DNA from: Octopus bimaculoides
Taxonomy: Eukaryota
Length of the DNA stretch: 55,078 bases
Reading direction: 5' to 3'
Assembly (NCBI RefSeq): GCF_001194135.2
Contig: NC_068997.1
Coordinates: 38,555,634 to 38,610,711, forward strand
This document shows, piece after piece, positions 35,009 through 47,600 of this stretch; the first letter of the stretch is position 1; every line of letters starts with the position of its first letter. The notes beneath the pieces were generated by a model. It worked only from the letters and a program-made list of their open reading frames with translations, searched no databases and had not been told where the DNA came from. The position numbers and the translations under genes were made by a program.

Positions 35009-36114
35009 TGTTTAATAAAAGAATAACTTATTTACTCAAGTTTTAACATCATCTCTTTCGAAATAGTCACTTTGCGCAACAATACACAGGTCCCAGCGTT
35101 CCTGCNNNNNNNNNNNNNNNNNNNNNNNNNNNNNNNNNNNNNNNNNNNNNNNNNNNNNNNNNNNNNNNNNNNNNNNNNNNNNNNNNNNNNNNNNNNNNNN
35201 NNNNNNNNNNNNNNNNNNNNNNNNNNNNNNNNNNNNNNNNNNNNNNNNNNNNNNNNNNNNNNNNNNNNNNNNNNNNNNNNNNNNNNNNNNNNNNNNNNNN
35301 NNNNNNNNNNNNNNNNNNNNNNNNNNNNNNNNNNNNNNNNNNNNNNNNNNNNNNNNNNNNNNNNNNNNNNNNNNNNNNNNNNNNNNNNNNNNNNNNNNNN
35401 NNNNNNNNNNNNNNNNNNNNNNNNNNNNNNNNNNNNNNNNNNNNNNNNNNNNNNNNNNNNNNNNNNNNNNNNNNNNNNNNNNNNNNNNNNNNNNNNNNNN
35501 NNNNNNNNNNNNNNNNNNNNNNNNNNNNNNNNNNNNNNNNNNNNNNNNNNNNNNNNNNNNNNNNNNNNNNNNNNNNNNNNTCTCGATTGACGGTCTGGCT
35601 CTGGGGGATGAATTCTCGATGCACAATATTACATTTCCAACGGTGACGCTTGTGGCAGGTCTTCCAAATCGCTCATCGTCTTCCAGGGACGTTCTTCCTC
35701 TTTTGAAGCGCCCGTGCCACTCGAAACATTGCGTATGACCCATTGCCTCGTCACCGTAAGCTTGCCGAAGCATGCTCAATGTCTCTGTAGCAGACTTCGC
35801 AGGTTTAACGCAAAATTTCACGTTAAGCTCTTTGTTCCAACTTCCTGTTCGTGACAACATTGCTAACTACAGCATACACGTGATCACAAAAACACAAATT
35901 TCACAACTTGCGAAGTAAACACAGCGATGTCACTCGGCACACTGCTTCATGAAGGTCACTGTTAGCTCTCACTGTGCACGCAACGTGTGCTGCCATCTGT
36001 TGGCGTGCTACAGAACTACTACGGAACTTTTTGATACCACCTCGTACATACATACATACATACATACATTTGCATATACATATAACATATAATTATATAT
36101 ATATATATATGTGA

Positions 36115-36335
36115 TCTTTTATTCCTTACTTGTTTCAGTTGTCAGCTAGCGGCCATGCTGGAGCACCGCCTTGAATTTTTAGTCGAATGAATCGACCCCA
36201 GCACTTACCTGGTAAGTTATTCTATCAGTCTCTTTTTTTAAACCGCTAATTTAGGGAAATGCAAACACACCAACACCAGTTGTCAAGCAGTGGTGGTGGG
36301 AAAAACAAACATAAACAGACAAAGACAGCTGTACA
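36115..36335 (-). mobile_element. SINE family A, 3' half
   Basis: cttgtttcagt..ggccatgctggagcaccgcc...cgaccccagcactta (reverse complement of the family A 3' end). Confidence 0.8.
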
Positions 36336-36344
36336 CACAGCTGT

Positions 36345-36377
<33 letters not shown>

Positions 36378-36408
36378 GGGAGGTTATGAGCGGTAATGGT
36401 GTCAATTA

Positions 36409-37462
36409 GACCCAGAGGTTTCAGGTAATGCTGAGTAAGTGCTAAGAATGGACCATAGTTAAGCTCCAGGTTCGGTGATTATGCGAATAAGGGATCCAAC
36501 GTAGGTCATATATCAGCGTGTGAATATAAGGATTTACTTTTCATAATGAGATTAAAAAAAAAAAATCAAGGCTGTGTATAATATAGAACATTTATAAATA
36601 GGTCTTACAGCTGTTTCCAGGATATTTATAATATCCCTTCGTTGGAGACGGTGTGAGAGGATGGTTAAGCAATAGTTAGTTCAGATAAGATAGGAAATAG
36701 AGAGTGAATGTAGGGATATTGTATTTGTAGATCCATTGTTTAGGCAGAATGGTATACATATAAGATTCCAATACCTTGTGAGTAAAATCCAATAGTCTTT
36801 AAGATTGGTCATTGCATTTGTAAATCCATTATTGAGATTCCAATACCCTTTGAGTAAAATCCAACAGTCTTTGAAATTGGTCATTCCAAATACGGAGCTT
36901 ATACACAGTGTTATTGAATCAAGGGTTCTGTTTAAAGTGACCTAAAAGTAGAGAATGTATTAGTAAGGTCAAATCGAAAACAGGAAGAGAGGAGTCAAGA
37001 AAGAGAGAAGAAAAANNNNNNNNNNNNNNNNNNNNNNNNNNNNNNNNNNNNNNNNNNNNNNNNCATATACTGGAATCTTATATGTATACCATTCTGCCTA
37101 AATAATGGATCTACAGATGCAATATCCCTACATATCTCACGTCTATTTTCATTCCTCCACTTCACTCTCTATTTCATATCTTATCTTGAATAACTATTGC
37201 TTAACCATCTTTTCACACCGTCTCTGATGAAGGGATATAAAAAATATCCCGGAAACAGCCGTAAGACCTTCTATTTATAAATGTTCTAAAATCTTTCACA
37301 GCCTTGGATTTTTATCTCATTCTGAAAAAAATTTTTTATATATACACATGCTGATATATAACCTACGTTGGACTCCTCATTCGCATAATCACCGAACCTG
37401 GAGCTTAACTATAGTCTGTCCATAGCACTTACTCAGCATTACCTGACATCTTTGGGTCTTAN
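36409..37462. mobile_element. Penelope-like element with inverted pLTRs (second family)
   Basis: Arms about 36409-36770 and 37072-37462 are reverse complements. Each holds a hammerhead motif, one intact and one degenerate. Confidence 0.72.
37220..37267 (+). ncRNA. Minimal type I hammerhead ribozyme (PLE-type)
   Basis: Stem I GTCT(37220-37223)/AGAC(37264-37267); CTGATGA 37224-37230; stem II GGGATAT-AAAAA-ATATCCC; GAAAC 37252-37256; loop AGCC; GTA 37261-37263. The 10.1/11.1 position is an A.G mismatch. The inverted copy at 36602-36650 has a mutated core (CCAACGA) but an intact ACAGCTGT palindrome. Confidence 0.72.
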
Positions 37463-37799
37463 NNNNNNNNNTGTCAAGACATTTTTCTTTTTCTTTTCTA
37501 AATCAGAATATGGTTAGCTGTTAGAATATTGTTATATGGAACTAAGGGAGGTGGGGTCGAGAATTTTATTGAATTGAATGGCAAATTCCATTCCTATTGA
37601 GAAAAGGATCAACTGTGTGTATATATTGTGTTAAATAGAAAGGGAGGCGGATAAAGGTCTGTTACAGTGGAGAGAGCTGGGTTTGTTAGTTCCTGTTACA
37701 GTTGAGGATGGACGGAAGCAGAGAGTATGGGGCAATCTGCGTTTAGGTGCCACTTTCGATTCTTTCCTTGATCAATTTGATTAATTTTCAAGGTGTCGC

Positions 37800-38435
37800 C
37801 TACTTTCTACTAGTGCAAAATTCTCGGTGAACTGGAATGATGCCCTGCCTGTGGTCAACATTGGAACTCTACTCAGCCTAGATGAATTCTGCATCTCCAT
37901 TGCACTCACAGTGGGAGCTGAAATCTGTAGGGGACTGAGATGTCGCTGTAGTAGACCCCACAACTTCACAGGTCTTCACAGTTTGTCTTGCCGCCTAAAT
38001 GCTGGCGGTGAGCTGGCAGAAACGTTAGCAAGCCGGGCGAAATGCTTAGCGGTNNNNNNNNNNNNNNNNNNNNNNNNNNNNNNNNNNNNNNNNNNNNNNN
38101 NNNNNNNNNNNNNNNNNNNNNNNNNNNNNNNNNNNNNNNNNNNNNNNNNNNNNTGTAATTGACTTAATCCCTTTGTCTGTCTCCTCTATGTTTAGCCCGC
38201 TATGGACAATAAAGAAATTAAAATGCTGGTCGTTTCGCTCGTCACACTGAGTTATACTTAATCATTAAGCAGGCCCTAACTTGGATAAATATCCCCTCGG
38301 TTCTGGGGCCGGCGGGATTATCCAGAAGTGATGAGAAGAGACCAGATGGTCTTACCCTTTGTCCCTAGGTAAGAGGTAGGTGCCTCATCTGGACACCGCA
38401 GTCTGTGACTCTTTTGTTCCCTCCCAAATCCTGAA
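37800..38435 (+). mobile_element. CRE-clade LINE C-terminal fragment (CCHC finger plus RLE), interrupted by a SINE
   Basis: WNDALPVVNIGTLLSLDEFCISIALTVGAEICRGLRCRCSRPHNFTGLHSLSCRLNAG|RFARHTEL..IIKQAL..NIPSVLGPAGLSRSDEKRPDGLTL.P..RGRCLIWT. Confidence 0.85.
38004..38220 (+). mobile_element. SINE family B with a 9-bp target-site duplication
   Basis: aaatgctgg at 37997-38005 and 38221-38229 flanks the ggcggtgagctggcagaaacgttagc...aataaagaaatt insert. Confidence 0.85.
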
Positions 38436-38439
38436 TGCT

Positions 38440-41400
38440 ACAGTTGATGAATGATTGTATTTGACTTAACTGTTGTTCACCATGTCTCAGCCCCATAGAA
38501 TAACATCGCTTTTACGTTAGTGTTAAAAATTCTTATTTTGTTCTTTATTGAAATTACATTTGCGCTTCATACTTTTTTTAACAAGTGAAAAGCGGTCCTT
38601 GCTTTACTTATTCTCGTCTTAATATCTTCGTCGGTGCCGCCTGAGAACGTTATCTTACTACCTAAATACGTAAACTCGGCTACATCCTCTAGTTCACCGG
38701 TTTCTAGTTTAATACGTTCGCCGTTTTCTTCATTAACGCGCATAATTTTTGATTTGTCGCGGTTGACTTTCAATCCTAGTTTGGCAGCTATTGCTTCTAA
38801 TTTTGATGTTTTATTTTGCATTTGGCTTTATGTTTGTGAAAGTAGCGCTATATCATCTGCAAAGTCGAGATCTTCTAGAGTTTCTGCATCCGTTCATTCA
38901 ATGCCTGTTTGGCTTTCAATCGTAGTTTCCTTCATAATCCAATCTATAACTAGTAGAAATAAGGGAGAAAGTACACAGCCCTGTCGAACTCCTGTTTTTA
39001 CTTCGAATTTATCCGTAGCTCCGTTTCCATGCAAGACTCGGCATGACATTTCTTGGTAAGTTGCTCTTATTTTAGATATACACTTGTCTGGTATACCGTA
39101 GTGCTGCATAATTTTCCATAAGCTTTCCTATCTACATTATCGAATGCTTTTTCGAAATCAATAAAATTAATATAAAGAGGTGCATTCCACTCTGCGCGTT
39201 GCTCTAAGATGATGCGAAGAGTGGCGATTTGATTTACACATGAACGATTCTTCCTAAATCCGGCTTGTTCTTTACGCAACAATTTGTCAACTGTTGTCCT
39301 CATCCGCTCCAAAAGTATCCTGTTAAAAACTTTTCCGGGAGTCGATAATAACATAATCCCTCTATAATTTCCGCAAACGCTTAAATCACCATTTTTTGGC
39401 AATTTTACGATGAGTCCCTCTTTCCAATCATTAGGCACATTTTCTTCCTGCCATATCTTAGAAAATAATGGATGAAACATTTATACCACTATTTCTATAG
39501 CTGATTTCATTGCTTCAGCTGGAATATTGTCTACACCTCCCGCTTTCCCATTCTTGAGGGATTGTATAGCCTTTCTTATTTCAAACTTAGACGGTGGGTC
39601 AAGGCTGATGTTAAGATCCAAATTTCTTGGCGCAATGTTGGCTATTGTGTCTGGAGGTAGTCTATTGAGCAAATCTTCAAAATGCTCCCCACATCGATTT
39701 TTTTGTTCTAGAATTGATGTTAGCATCCGGCCATCCTTCCCTTTTACTGCCTTTTCTACTCTTACTCTCTTCCCGGATAGTAATTTAGTTGTGTTGTACA
39801 GCTCTTTCATGTTCTGGTGCTGAGCTGCACTTTCTGCTGCCGTTGCTAAATTTCCGAAATATTGTCGCTTGTCTCTTCTTAATTGCTTTTTTAACTTTCT
39901 TATTTTGTTGGTTGTAATTTCCCTGACATCTATTTAACTTTACTTCTAAGCTTGCCGATAGTAATTTTTCCTTTAGCTTCTTTCTTACTTCTATGGCTGT
40001 TTGTGTCTCTTGTGATATCCATGCCTTATTCTTTTTGTTTACACACCCTACGCATTCTTCTAATAATGAAATAAAAGCATCCTTAATTTTCGACCAAGTA
40101 TGTTCTATTGTGTTGCCTTGCATCCTTTTTTATTTGCATTGATTTGCATGATGATGCTTTTCTGTATTCTATTTGGGTGTCTTCGTGTTTTAGTAAATCA
40201 GCATTGTATTTTCGTTGAACCTTATATTCCTCTTTTAAAGACCTTAACTTCAGTTGTAGGTGGTGGTCGGAGGCTGCGTCAGCCCCTCTTTTTACCCTAA
40301 CGTCTAACAGTGATCTCCTTAACTTGCAGCTTACACAGATGTGATCGATCTGATTTTGCCTTTTCAGATCTGGCGACATCCATGTAGCTTTGTAAAGGTC
40401 TTTGTGTGGAAATAAAGTTCCTCCAATGACCAACTGGTTATTTGCGCAAAAATCGGCAAATAACTGGCCATTTGCATTCATGCATCCTAAACCATGTTTT
40501 CCCATAATGGCTTCATANNNNNNNNNNNNNNNNNNNNNNNNNNNNNNNNNNNNNNNNNNNNNNNNNNNNNNNNNNNNNNNNNNNNNNNNNNNNNNNNNNN
40601 NNNNNNNNNNNNNNNNNNNNNNNNNNNNNNNNNNNNNNNNNNNNNNNNNNNNNNNNNNNNNNNNNNNNNNNNNNNNNNNNNNNNNNNNNNNNNNNNNNNN
40701 NNNNNNNNNNNNNNNNNNNNNNNNNNNNNNNNNNNNNNNNNNNNNNNNNNNNNNNNNNNNNNNNNNNNNNNNNNNNNNNNNNNNNNNNNNNNNNNNNNNN
40801 NNNNNNNNNNNNNNNNNNNNNNNNNNNNNNNNNNNNNNNNNNNNNNNNNNNNNNNNNNNNNNNNNNNNNNNNNNNNNNNNNNNNNNNNNNNNNNNNNNNN
40901 NNNNNNNNNNNNNNNNNNNNNNNNNNNNNNNNNNNNNNNNNNNNNNNNNNNNNNNNNNNNNNNNNNNNNNNNNNNNNNNNNNNNNNNNNNNNNNNNNNNN
41001 NNNNNNNNNNNNNNNNNNNNNNNNNNNNNNNNNNNNNNNNNNNNNNNNNNNNNNNNNNNNNNNNNNNNNNNNNNNNNNNNNNNNNNNNNNNNNNNNNNNN
41101 NNNNNNNNNNNNNNNNNNNNNNNNNNNNNNNNNNNNNNNNNNNNNNNNNNNNNNNNNNNNNNNNNNNNNNNNNNNNNNNNNNNNNNNNNNNNNNNNNNNN
41201 NNNNNNNNNNNNNNNNNNNNNNNNNNNNNNNNNNNNNNNNNNNNNNNNNNNNNNNNNNNNNNNNNNNNNNNNNNNNNNNNNNNNNNNNNNNNNNNNNNNN
41301 NNNNNNNNNATGAGAAAGTGAGAGGAAGGGAGGGAAACCGTTTACCATTCTGTTGCCTTCACTTATGCGTTCTTTGTTTTTCCTGAAGCTAGCTTAGTTT

Positions 41401-41800
41401 GTCCATTATCAATCCACCTAGTTTCACACAAACCCAAAATTTCCAATTTGTAATTGTCCATTTCTTTGCTAATATTTTCACACTTTCCAGCAGTAATCAT
41501 TGTTCGAACGTTCCACGCACCAAACCTCGTGTACTCCTTTGTCGAAAGCAGTATCGGCCAACTAGCTTCCCTAGGGCTTTGGCTATTCGGCGTCAAAAAA
41601 CACCTTTGACTCTGGAAACATTCGGTTAGTAAAATCATACAAGATTTGTCAACTATCAGTGTTTTCGTAATCATTTTGAAAATCCAGTGCACGGGTGATT
41701 AGCCCATTCAGCTTCACCAGAAGTTGGCCAGCTTTACCTGTTTCCATCTCTCACGACGAGGACGAGGGGTTGGGCTTTGAGAGATACTGTTTTATGATAT
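38440..41800 (-). mobile_element. RTE-clade LINE (APE + RT), near full length, frameshifted, 3' end missing
   Basis: APE: FGAWNVRTM...ILGLCETRW and NQIDHICVS...GADAASDHH. RT: DWKEGLIVKLPKNGDLSVCGNYRGIMLLS, EQAGFRK, FIDFEKAFD, TGVRQGCVLSPLF, DFADD region, FTYLGS. Confidence 0.95.
41310..41376 (+). repeat. Short interspersed repeat, second copy at 44560-44627
   Basis: atgagaaagtgagaggaagggagggaaaccgtttaccattctgttgccttcacttatgcgttcttt versus the near-identical sequence at 44560. Confidence 0.75.
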
Positions 41801-42789
41801 GTATATATAAGCAGATCCACGGATATTGGCTAACAAACAAAAATTGGAAATTGGAGATCGTTTATTTGGTCAAATATCCATAGAGTATATATAACGACAA
41901 ATATTTTTTTTAATGGAATGAACAATTCAAAATGTGTTATTGAGAAAACCTTGAATTACACATGAAAATTAAGCAGAAATGTTTGTATAATGATATAAGA
42001 TTGATTATATTAAATTGTGACGAAACAATTGTAAATTGAAGTAGTAAAATGATTTGACTGCTCCATTTTTTAATATTTGTCATTATACATACATACATAC
42101 ATACATACATNNNNNNNNNNNNNNNNNNNNNNNNNNNNNNNNNNNNNNNNNNNNNNNNNNNNNNNNNNNNNNNNNNNNNNNNNNNNNNNNNNNNNNNNNN
42201 NNNNNNNNNNNNNNNNNNNNNNNNNNNNNNNNNNNNNNNNNNNNNNNNNNNNNNNNNNNNNNNNNNNNNNNNNNNNNNNNNNNNNNNNNNNNNNNNNNNN
42301 NNNNNNNNNNNNNNNNNNNNNNNNNNNNNNNNNNNNNNNNNNNNNNNNNNNNNNNNNNNNNNNNNNNNNNNNNNNNNNNNNNNNNNNNNNNNNNNNNNNN
42401 NNNNNNNNNNNNNNNNNNNNNNNNNNNNNNNNNNNNNNNNNNNNNNNNNNNNNNNNNNNNNNNNNNNNNNNNNNNNNNNNNNNNNNNNNNNNNNNNNNNN
42501 NNNNNNNNNNNNNNNNNNNNNNNNNNNNNNNNNNNNNNNNNNNNNNNNNNNNNNNNNNNNNNNNNNNNTACGTCCACGTGTCGTAAAACTTCCTACCCCC
42601 GCCCCTGGGCTAAATATTTTATTCAGTTCCCTCAATGCTTTGCCCCTTTCAATATACCATATCAGGGTTATGAGTCATTGAACTACCTCCCTGTAAGTAG
42701 CTCCCTGCTTTTAATTTAAACATCGATTCTTTGTTTACCAATGAGGAAAGTTTTGACAGGGAAAAAAAAAAAAAGATTTTTCAAATTGA

Positions 42790-43145
42790 ATGGTAAGTAG
42801 CTTGGTTGCCAACCACATGGTTCTGGGTTCAGTCCCATTGCGTGACACCGTGTCTTCTACTATAGCCTGGAGCCGACCAAAGCCTTGTGAGTGGATTTGG
42901 TAGACGGAAACCGAAAGAAGCCCATCATACATATATATGCGTGTGTGTGTGTATCTGTTTGTCCCCCACTATCGCTTGACAGCTGATGCTGATGTATCTA
43001 CGACCCCCGTAACTTAGCGGTTCGGCAAAAGAGCCAGGTAGAATAAGTACTAGGCTTACAAAGAATAAGTCCTGTGGTCGATGTGTTCGACTAAAGGCGG
43101 TGCTCCAGCATGGCCACAGTCAAATGACTGAAACAAGTAAGAGAA
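42790..43145 (+). mobile_element. SINE family A, full length, low divergence
   Basis: Complete head, microsatellite and 3' half ending actgaaacaagtaagagaat. Confidence 0.9.
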
Positions 43146-43864
43146 TAAATGAATAACCAATGATGTCCAACAAACTACACGTCATCTATTTCATTGTCTG
43201 GCGTCGGCGAATGTATACAAATCAAAAGTTGTTGATTTCAAATCTGTCAAGTTTCATTTGAGTTTATCATAGAGCGAGGAGTGAATGACAGATGGATAGT
43301 CAGAGAGGGAAGAAGAGGTCACTTACAGACAGGAGAGAGGTGAATGCAGTCATGCGACTCATTAACTGCTATTGACTGCCCGATAATGTGAACGACCGAA
43401 ACTACTGCTAATCTAAAAATAACATGGGTACACACGCATTCATTCATTAATTCATTTTTCTTTCTTTCTCCCCACCCCTCTCATCTACACAATCACAAAA
43501 GCTGTCCAAGTAAATCACTAACATGAGCACAGCATTCTCTCTTACTCTATTATTTTCCTTAGACTCTCGCTCCCATGATTACAGATCAGGTTACAATGTT
43601 AATCTCATTTTCCGGGGTTGGTTTCTCATTTTCCGATGTTATTCTGTAAGTCCCTTTTCTTGGAACCAGCGTGTTCTATAAAAACTTTTATGCCCCCGTT
43701 TTGAACTAGATCCCTTTTATATTTGATGTATATTCGAAAACGAAAATTTCTTCTGATTTATTTCAACATCCCATTTATGTTGTATGGTATTTACTATACT
43801 TGTATTTATCTATGGAATACATACGTAGATACGCGCGCGCGCGCACACACACACACATTATTTA

Positions 43865-44280
43865 GGAATGACAAGAAAAGTATGTATCATACTGAGATCA
43901 GCTACCCTGCTGATGTGAATATCTCTTTGAAAATAAAAAGGAAAGAGGATAACTATAGACAACTACTTCAAAACTTTCAGCTTCTATACCCCAATTACAA
44001 ATTCACAATTATGCTAATAATAATCGATGTACTTAATTTTGTCAGTAAATGCCTAAGTGACAATCTGGAAAAGCTAAGGTTTTTCAAGAACAGAAATCAA
44101 CCAGCTAACACACTCACTACAAATTAATTATGTAAGTGGAACAATAAAAATGTGTAAGACTTTTCTCAAGTTTAAAATTTGAATTTGTTTTTGTTATCTA
44201 TATTCCAATGATGGGGCTTTCTATCTTTGTTAGAAACCAACCCCTTCCTCATAAGAAAACTTCAAATAATTAAAAATACC
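43865..44280 (+). mobile_element. RLE-type LINE (R4/Dong/Hero-like) 3' end
   Basis: EISYPADVNISLKIKRKEDNYRQLLQNFQLLYP..KFTIMLIIIDVLNFVSKCL...SGTIKMCKTFLKF*. Confidence 0.75.
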
Positions 44281-44639
44281 AGAGAACATACACTCACATG
44301 CATGTTTGTATGTGTGCCAATTAGTCAAACTTATTGAGATTTGCAAATTTTATTCAATAATTTCTGAGTCACCGATACCACTCGCTCTTCAGAATATATT
44401 TCTATTTATAGTTGCAAATACCACTTCACATATTCTCCTGGTTAGTTCATAGTGGCAACATACGTAAATCAGAAGAGAGAAGATAGAGAAAGGAAATTAT
44501 TTTGGATAACACTGAATAGGTTTGAGTGCATGTGTATATATGTGTGTACGTGTGTTTGTATGAGAAAGAGAGAGGAAGGGCGGGAAACCATTTACCATTC
44601 TGTTGCCCTCACTTATGCATTCTTTCTCTCCCAACTCCT

Positions 44640-47600
44640 GTCAGAAACGTCTGGCAAATTGTGTAACATGATTTTCTATCTTTACAGAAATTCTCTTTTT
44701 TCACAATCATTAAATGCTGTTGCAGCAGCCCGAAGGCAAGGAAGAGAGGTGTGCATGGATAAGTGAAAAACTGTTTAAAGAAATGAAGGATAGACATCCG
44801 AAAGCCATCCAGAGTATTCCGAACCTTCCGCGGTATTTGAAGGAGCAGGAGGAAAGGGCTGCCTCACACGTGGTGAGGTCAGCCCCAACATCACCAACAA
44901 AAGGAAAAGTCAAAGAGTAAGTAGAACCCTTGCTTTTCTTTTGTTTTGAATAACTACACTTAACCTTGGGTGCTTGAATGTGCGTGGTCTTAGCTCGAAG
45001 TGGAAGCAAGCTTGTTTCCTCGACAATCTCAGATCACACGACATGCATGTGATGGTTGCTACAGAGACCAAGCTGGACGGTCTACAAGCCTTCTCGCCCC
45101 TCCTGCATGACTACGAGAAAATCATGTCTCCTAGCCGGACTGGAGGGCGAGGGGGTGTAGTAGTACTGGTTCGAAAAGGCTTGGCTCTGCAGACAAGTAC
45201 AGTCTATGTAGACCCAGAAGGTGGGCTGGTCATCCTTGATGTGACATACAGCAGTAAGGCCTTCAGGTTGATCGGGATCTATGCACCTTGTGCTAGAGGA
45301 TTTCAAACTGATTTTTATCGGTGCCTAGAGAACTTTCTCGTGACGTCAAAGACATTAGTAGTGTTAGGAGACTATAACGCTATAGTTGATGTGCGCATCG
45401 ATAGCGTTGGCTCAATCCATAGGAAAGTAAACTCACGCCTCGTAGATCTGCTTAAGCGTTTTCAGCTGGCAGATTGTTACAGACTTGACCATCCGAACGT
45501 CCCAGAGTGGACCAGGATGAGCGGCAACGGAAGGTTCAAGTCTTACTTAGATAGAATAGTAATAAGAACTGGAGATAAGTCTAGTTTTAGCTGTCCACAG
45601 CTCGTCCATGTAGCTTACACTGACCATAGAATGGTCAAGTGTACACTGGATGTAGATAGTACAGTTAAGAGAGGAACTAGCTACTGGAAGCTGAACAAAT
45701 CTATTTTGACTTGCGAGGCATACCGTAGCCGGATTAAGGGGTTAGTACAGAGGGCGTTAACCGGCGCTGTGGTTAACGACCGATGGTGGTTCGCCCTCAA
45801 GAGTGCCATTCGTTTTGAGTCTATTAGGTTTAGCCGTTAGCTAAGACTAGATAAGGCCAGAATAGAAGGGCAACTAGTAAAGGACCTAGAGGAGGCGCTG
45901 AGGTTGGGCTTCGCATCTCACATTTTGGCAGCGAGAATGGCCTTGGACCATCACCTCAAAGCCAAACACAAGGGGTGCAGAGTTCGGGCTAAAGTACACG
46001 CATTGGGCCGTGAGGGAATTAACGTTGCCGGATGGGCCCGTATGGTAGAAACCCAGCATGGCAATGATGCCACAATTAGGTCTCTTGTCGATGATAATGG
46101 GCGTTCGGTCGATGGACGGGACGAGATGTGCGAGGCGCTTCACAAGCACTTTACCGAGTTGTTCGTGAGTAGCGGGGTGCTGGATCATGGCGAGGAGGTG
46201 ATAGAGGTACTGGGCGAATGCCCCGGGGAGAAGTCGCCTGGTCTCGATGGTCTGCCTTACAAATTCTACAAAAGTATGCCAGACTTGTTCGGGCACCTGC
46301 TGGCCAGCGTCTCCGCCAATTGGCAGCAGAACGGGAGAATTCCCAAGTCTGCGAGTCGAGGCGTGGTAACGTTGATCAGGAAGGACCCGAGCAAAGGGGA
46401 CAAAACAGGGAACTTCAGGCCCATAACTCTGCTGAACACAGAGTTAAAGATTTTGGCCAAGGTGCTAGTGAAAAGGTTGGCACGGGTCATGGACAAACTT
46501 GTCGGGGAAGCGCAAACGTGCGCTATCCCGGGCAGGACGATCCACGACAATCTCNNNNNNNNNNNNNNNNNNNNNNNNNNNNNNNNNNNNNNNNNNNNNN
46601 NNNNNNNNNNNNNNNNNNNNNNNNNNNNNNNNNNNNNNNNNNNNNNNNNNNNNNNNNNNNNNNNNNNNNNNNNNNNNNNNNNNNNNNNNNNNNNNNNNNN
46701 NNNNNNNNNNNNNNNNNNNNNNNNNNNNNNNNNNNNNNNNNNNNNNNNNNNNNNNNNNNNNNNNNNNNNNNNNNNNNNNNNNNNNNNNNNNNNNNNNNNN
46801 NNNNNNNNNNNNNNNNNNNNNNNNNNNNNNNNNNNNNNNNNNNNNNNNNNNNNNNNNNNNNNNNNNNNNNNNNNNNNNNNNNNNNNNNNNNNNNNNNNNN
46901 NNNNNNNNNNNNNNNNNNNNNNNNNNNNNNNNNNNNNNNNNNNNNNNNNNNNNNNNNNNNNNNNNNNNNNNNNNNNNNNNNNNNNNNNNNNNNNNNNNNN
47001 NNNNNNNNNNNNNNNNNNNNNNNNNNNNNNNNNNNNNNNNNNNNNNNNNNNNNNNNNNNNNNNNNNNNNNNNNNNNNNNNNNNNNNNNNNNNNNNNNNNN
47101 NNNNNNNNNNNNNNNNNNNNNNNNNNNNNNNNNNNNNNNNNNNNNNNNNNNNNNNNNNNNNNNNNNNNNNNNNNNNNNNNNNNNNNNNNNNNNNNNNNNN
47201 NNNNNNNNNNNNNNNNNNNNNNNNNNNNNNNNNNNNNNNNNNNNNGCGTATGCGGATGACATCACCATCAGCGTGACGGATGAGGGCTAGTGGTGGAAGA
47301 GGCTATCAAAAGTTACGAGGCAGTAGCAGGAGCAAAAGTTAACAAGGACAAGTCGATCGGTTTGCAACTCGGCACCTGCAGGGGCAAGCCGATGTCGTCC
47401 AATAACATCGTGGAGCATTGGACGGAAGGTCCTGTTAAGCTGCTTGGAGTCTGGTTCGGGCCAGGCCTCCAGATAGAGAAAAATTGGAGCGAGGTGACCA
47501 GCAGGGTGACTGCTCTAACCCAGACCTGGTCTGGGCAGGCGTTATCCTTGCTAGGAAAGGCGGAGGTGGTGCAGATGTTTATAGCATCGGTTATCACCTA

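Larger units (their letters stand above)
33706..36044 (-). mobile_element. mariner transposon with both TIRs, carrying a Helitron insertion
   Basis: TIRs cgaggtggtatcaaaaggtttcgga (33706) and acggaactttttgataccacctcg (36044), TA-flanked. Transposase NVKFCVKPAKSATETLSMLRQAYGDEAM...SLEDDERFGRP ... RWDLCIVAQSDYFE* at 35860-35036. Confidence 0.92.
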
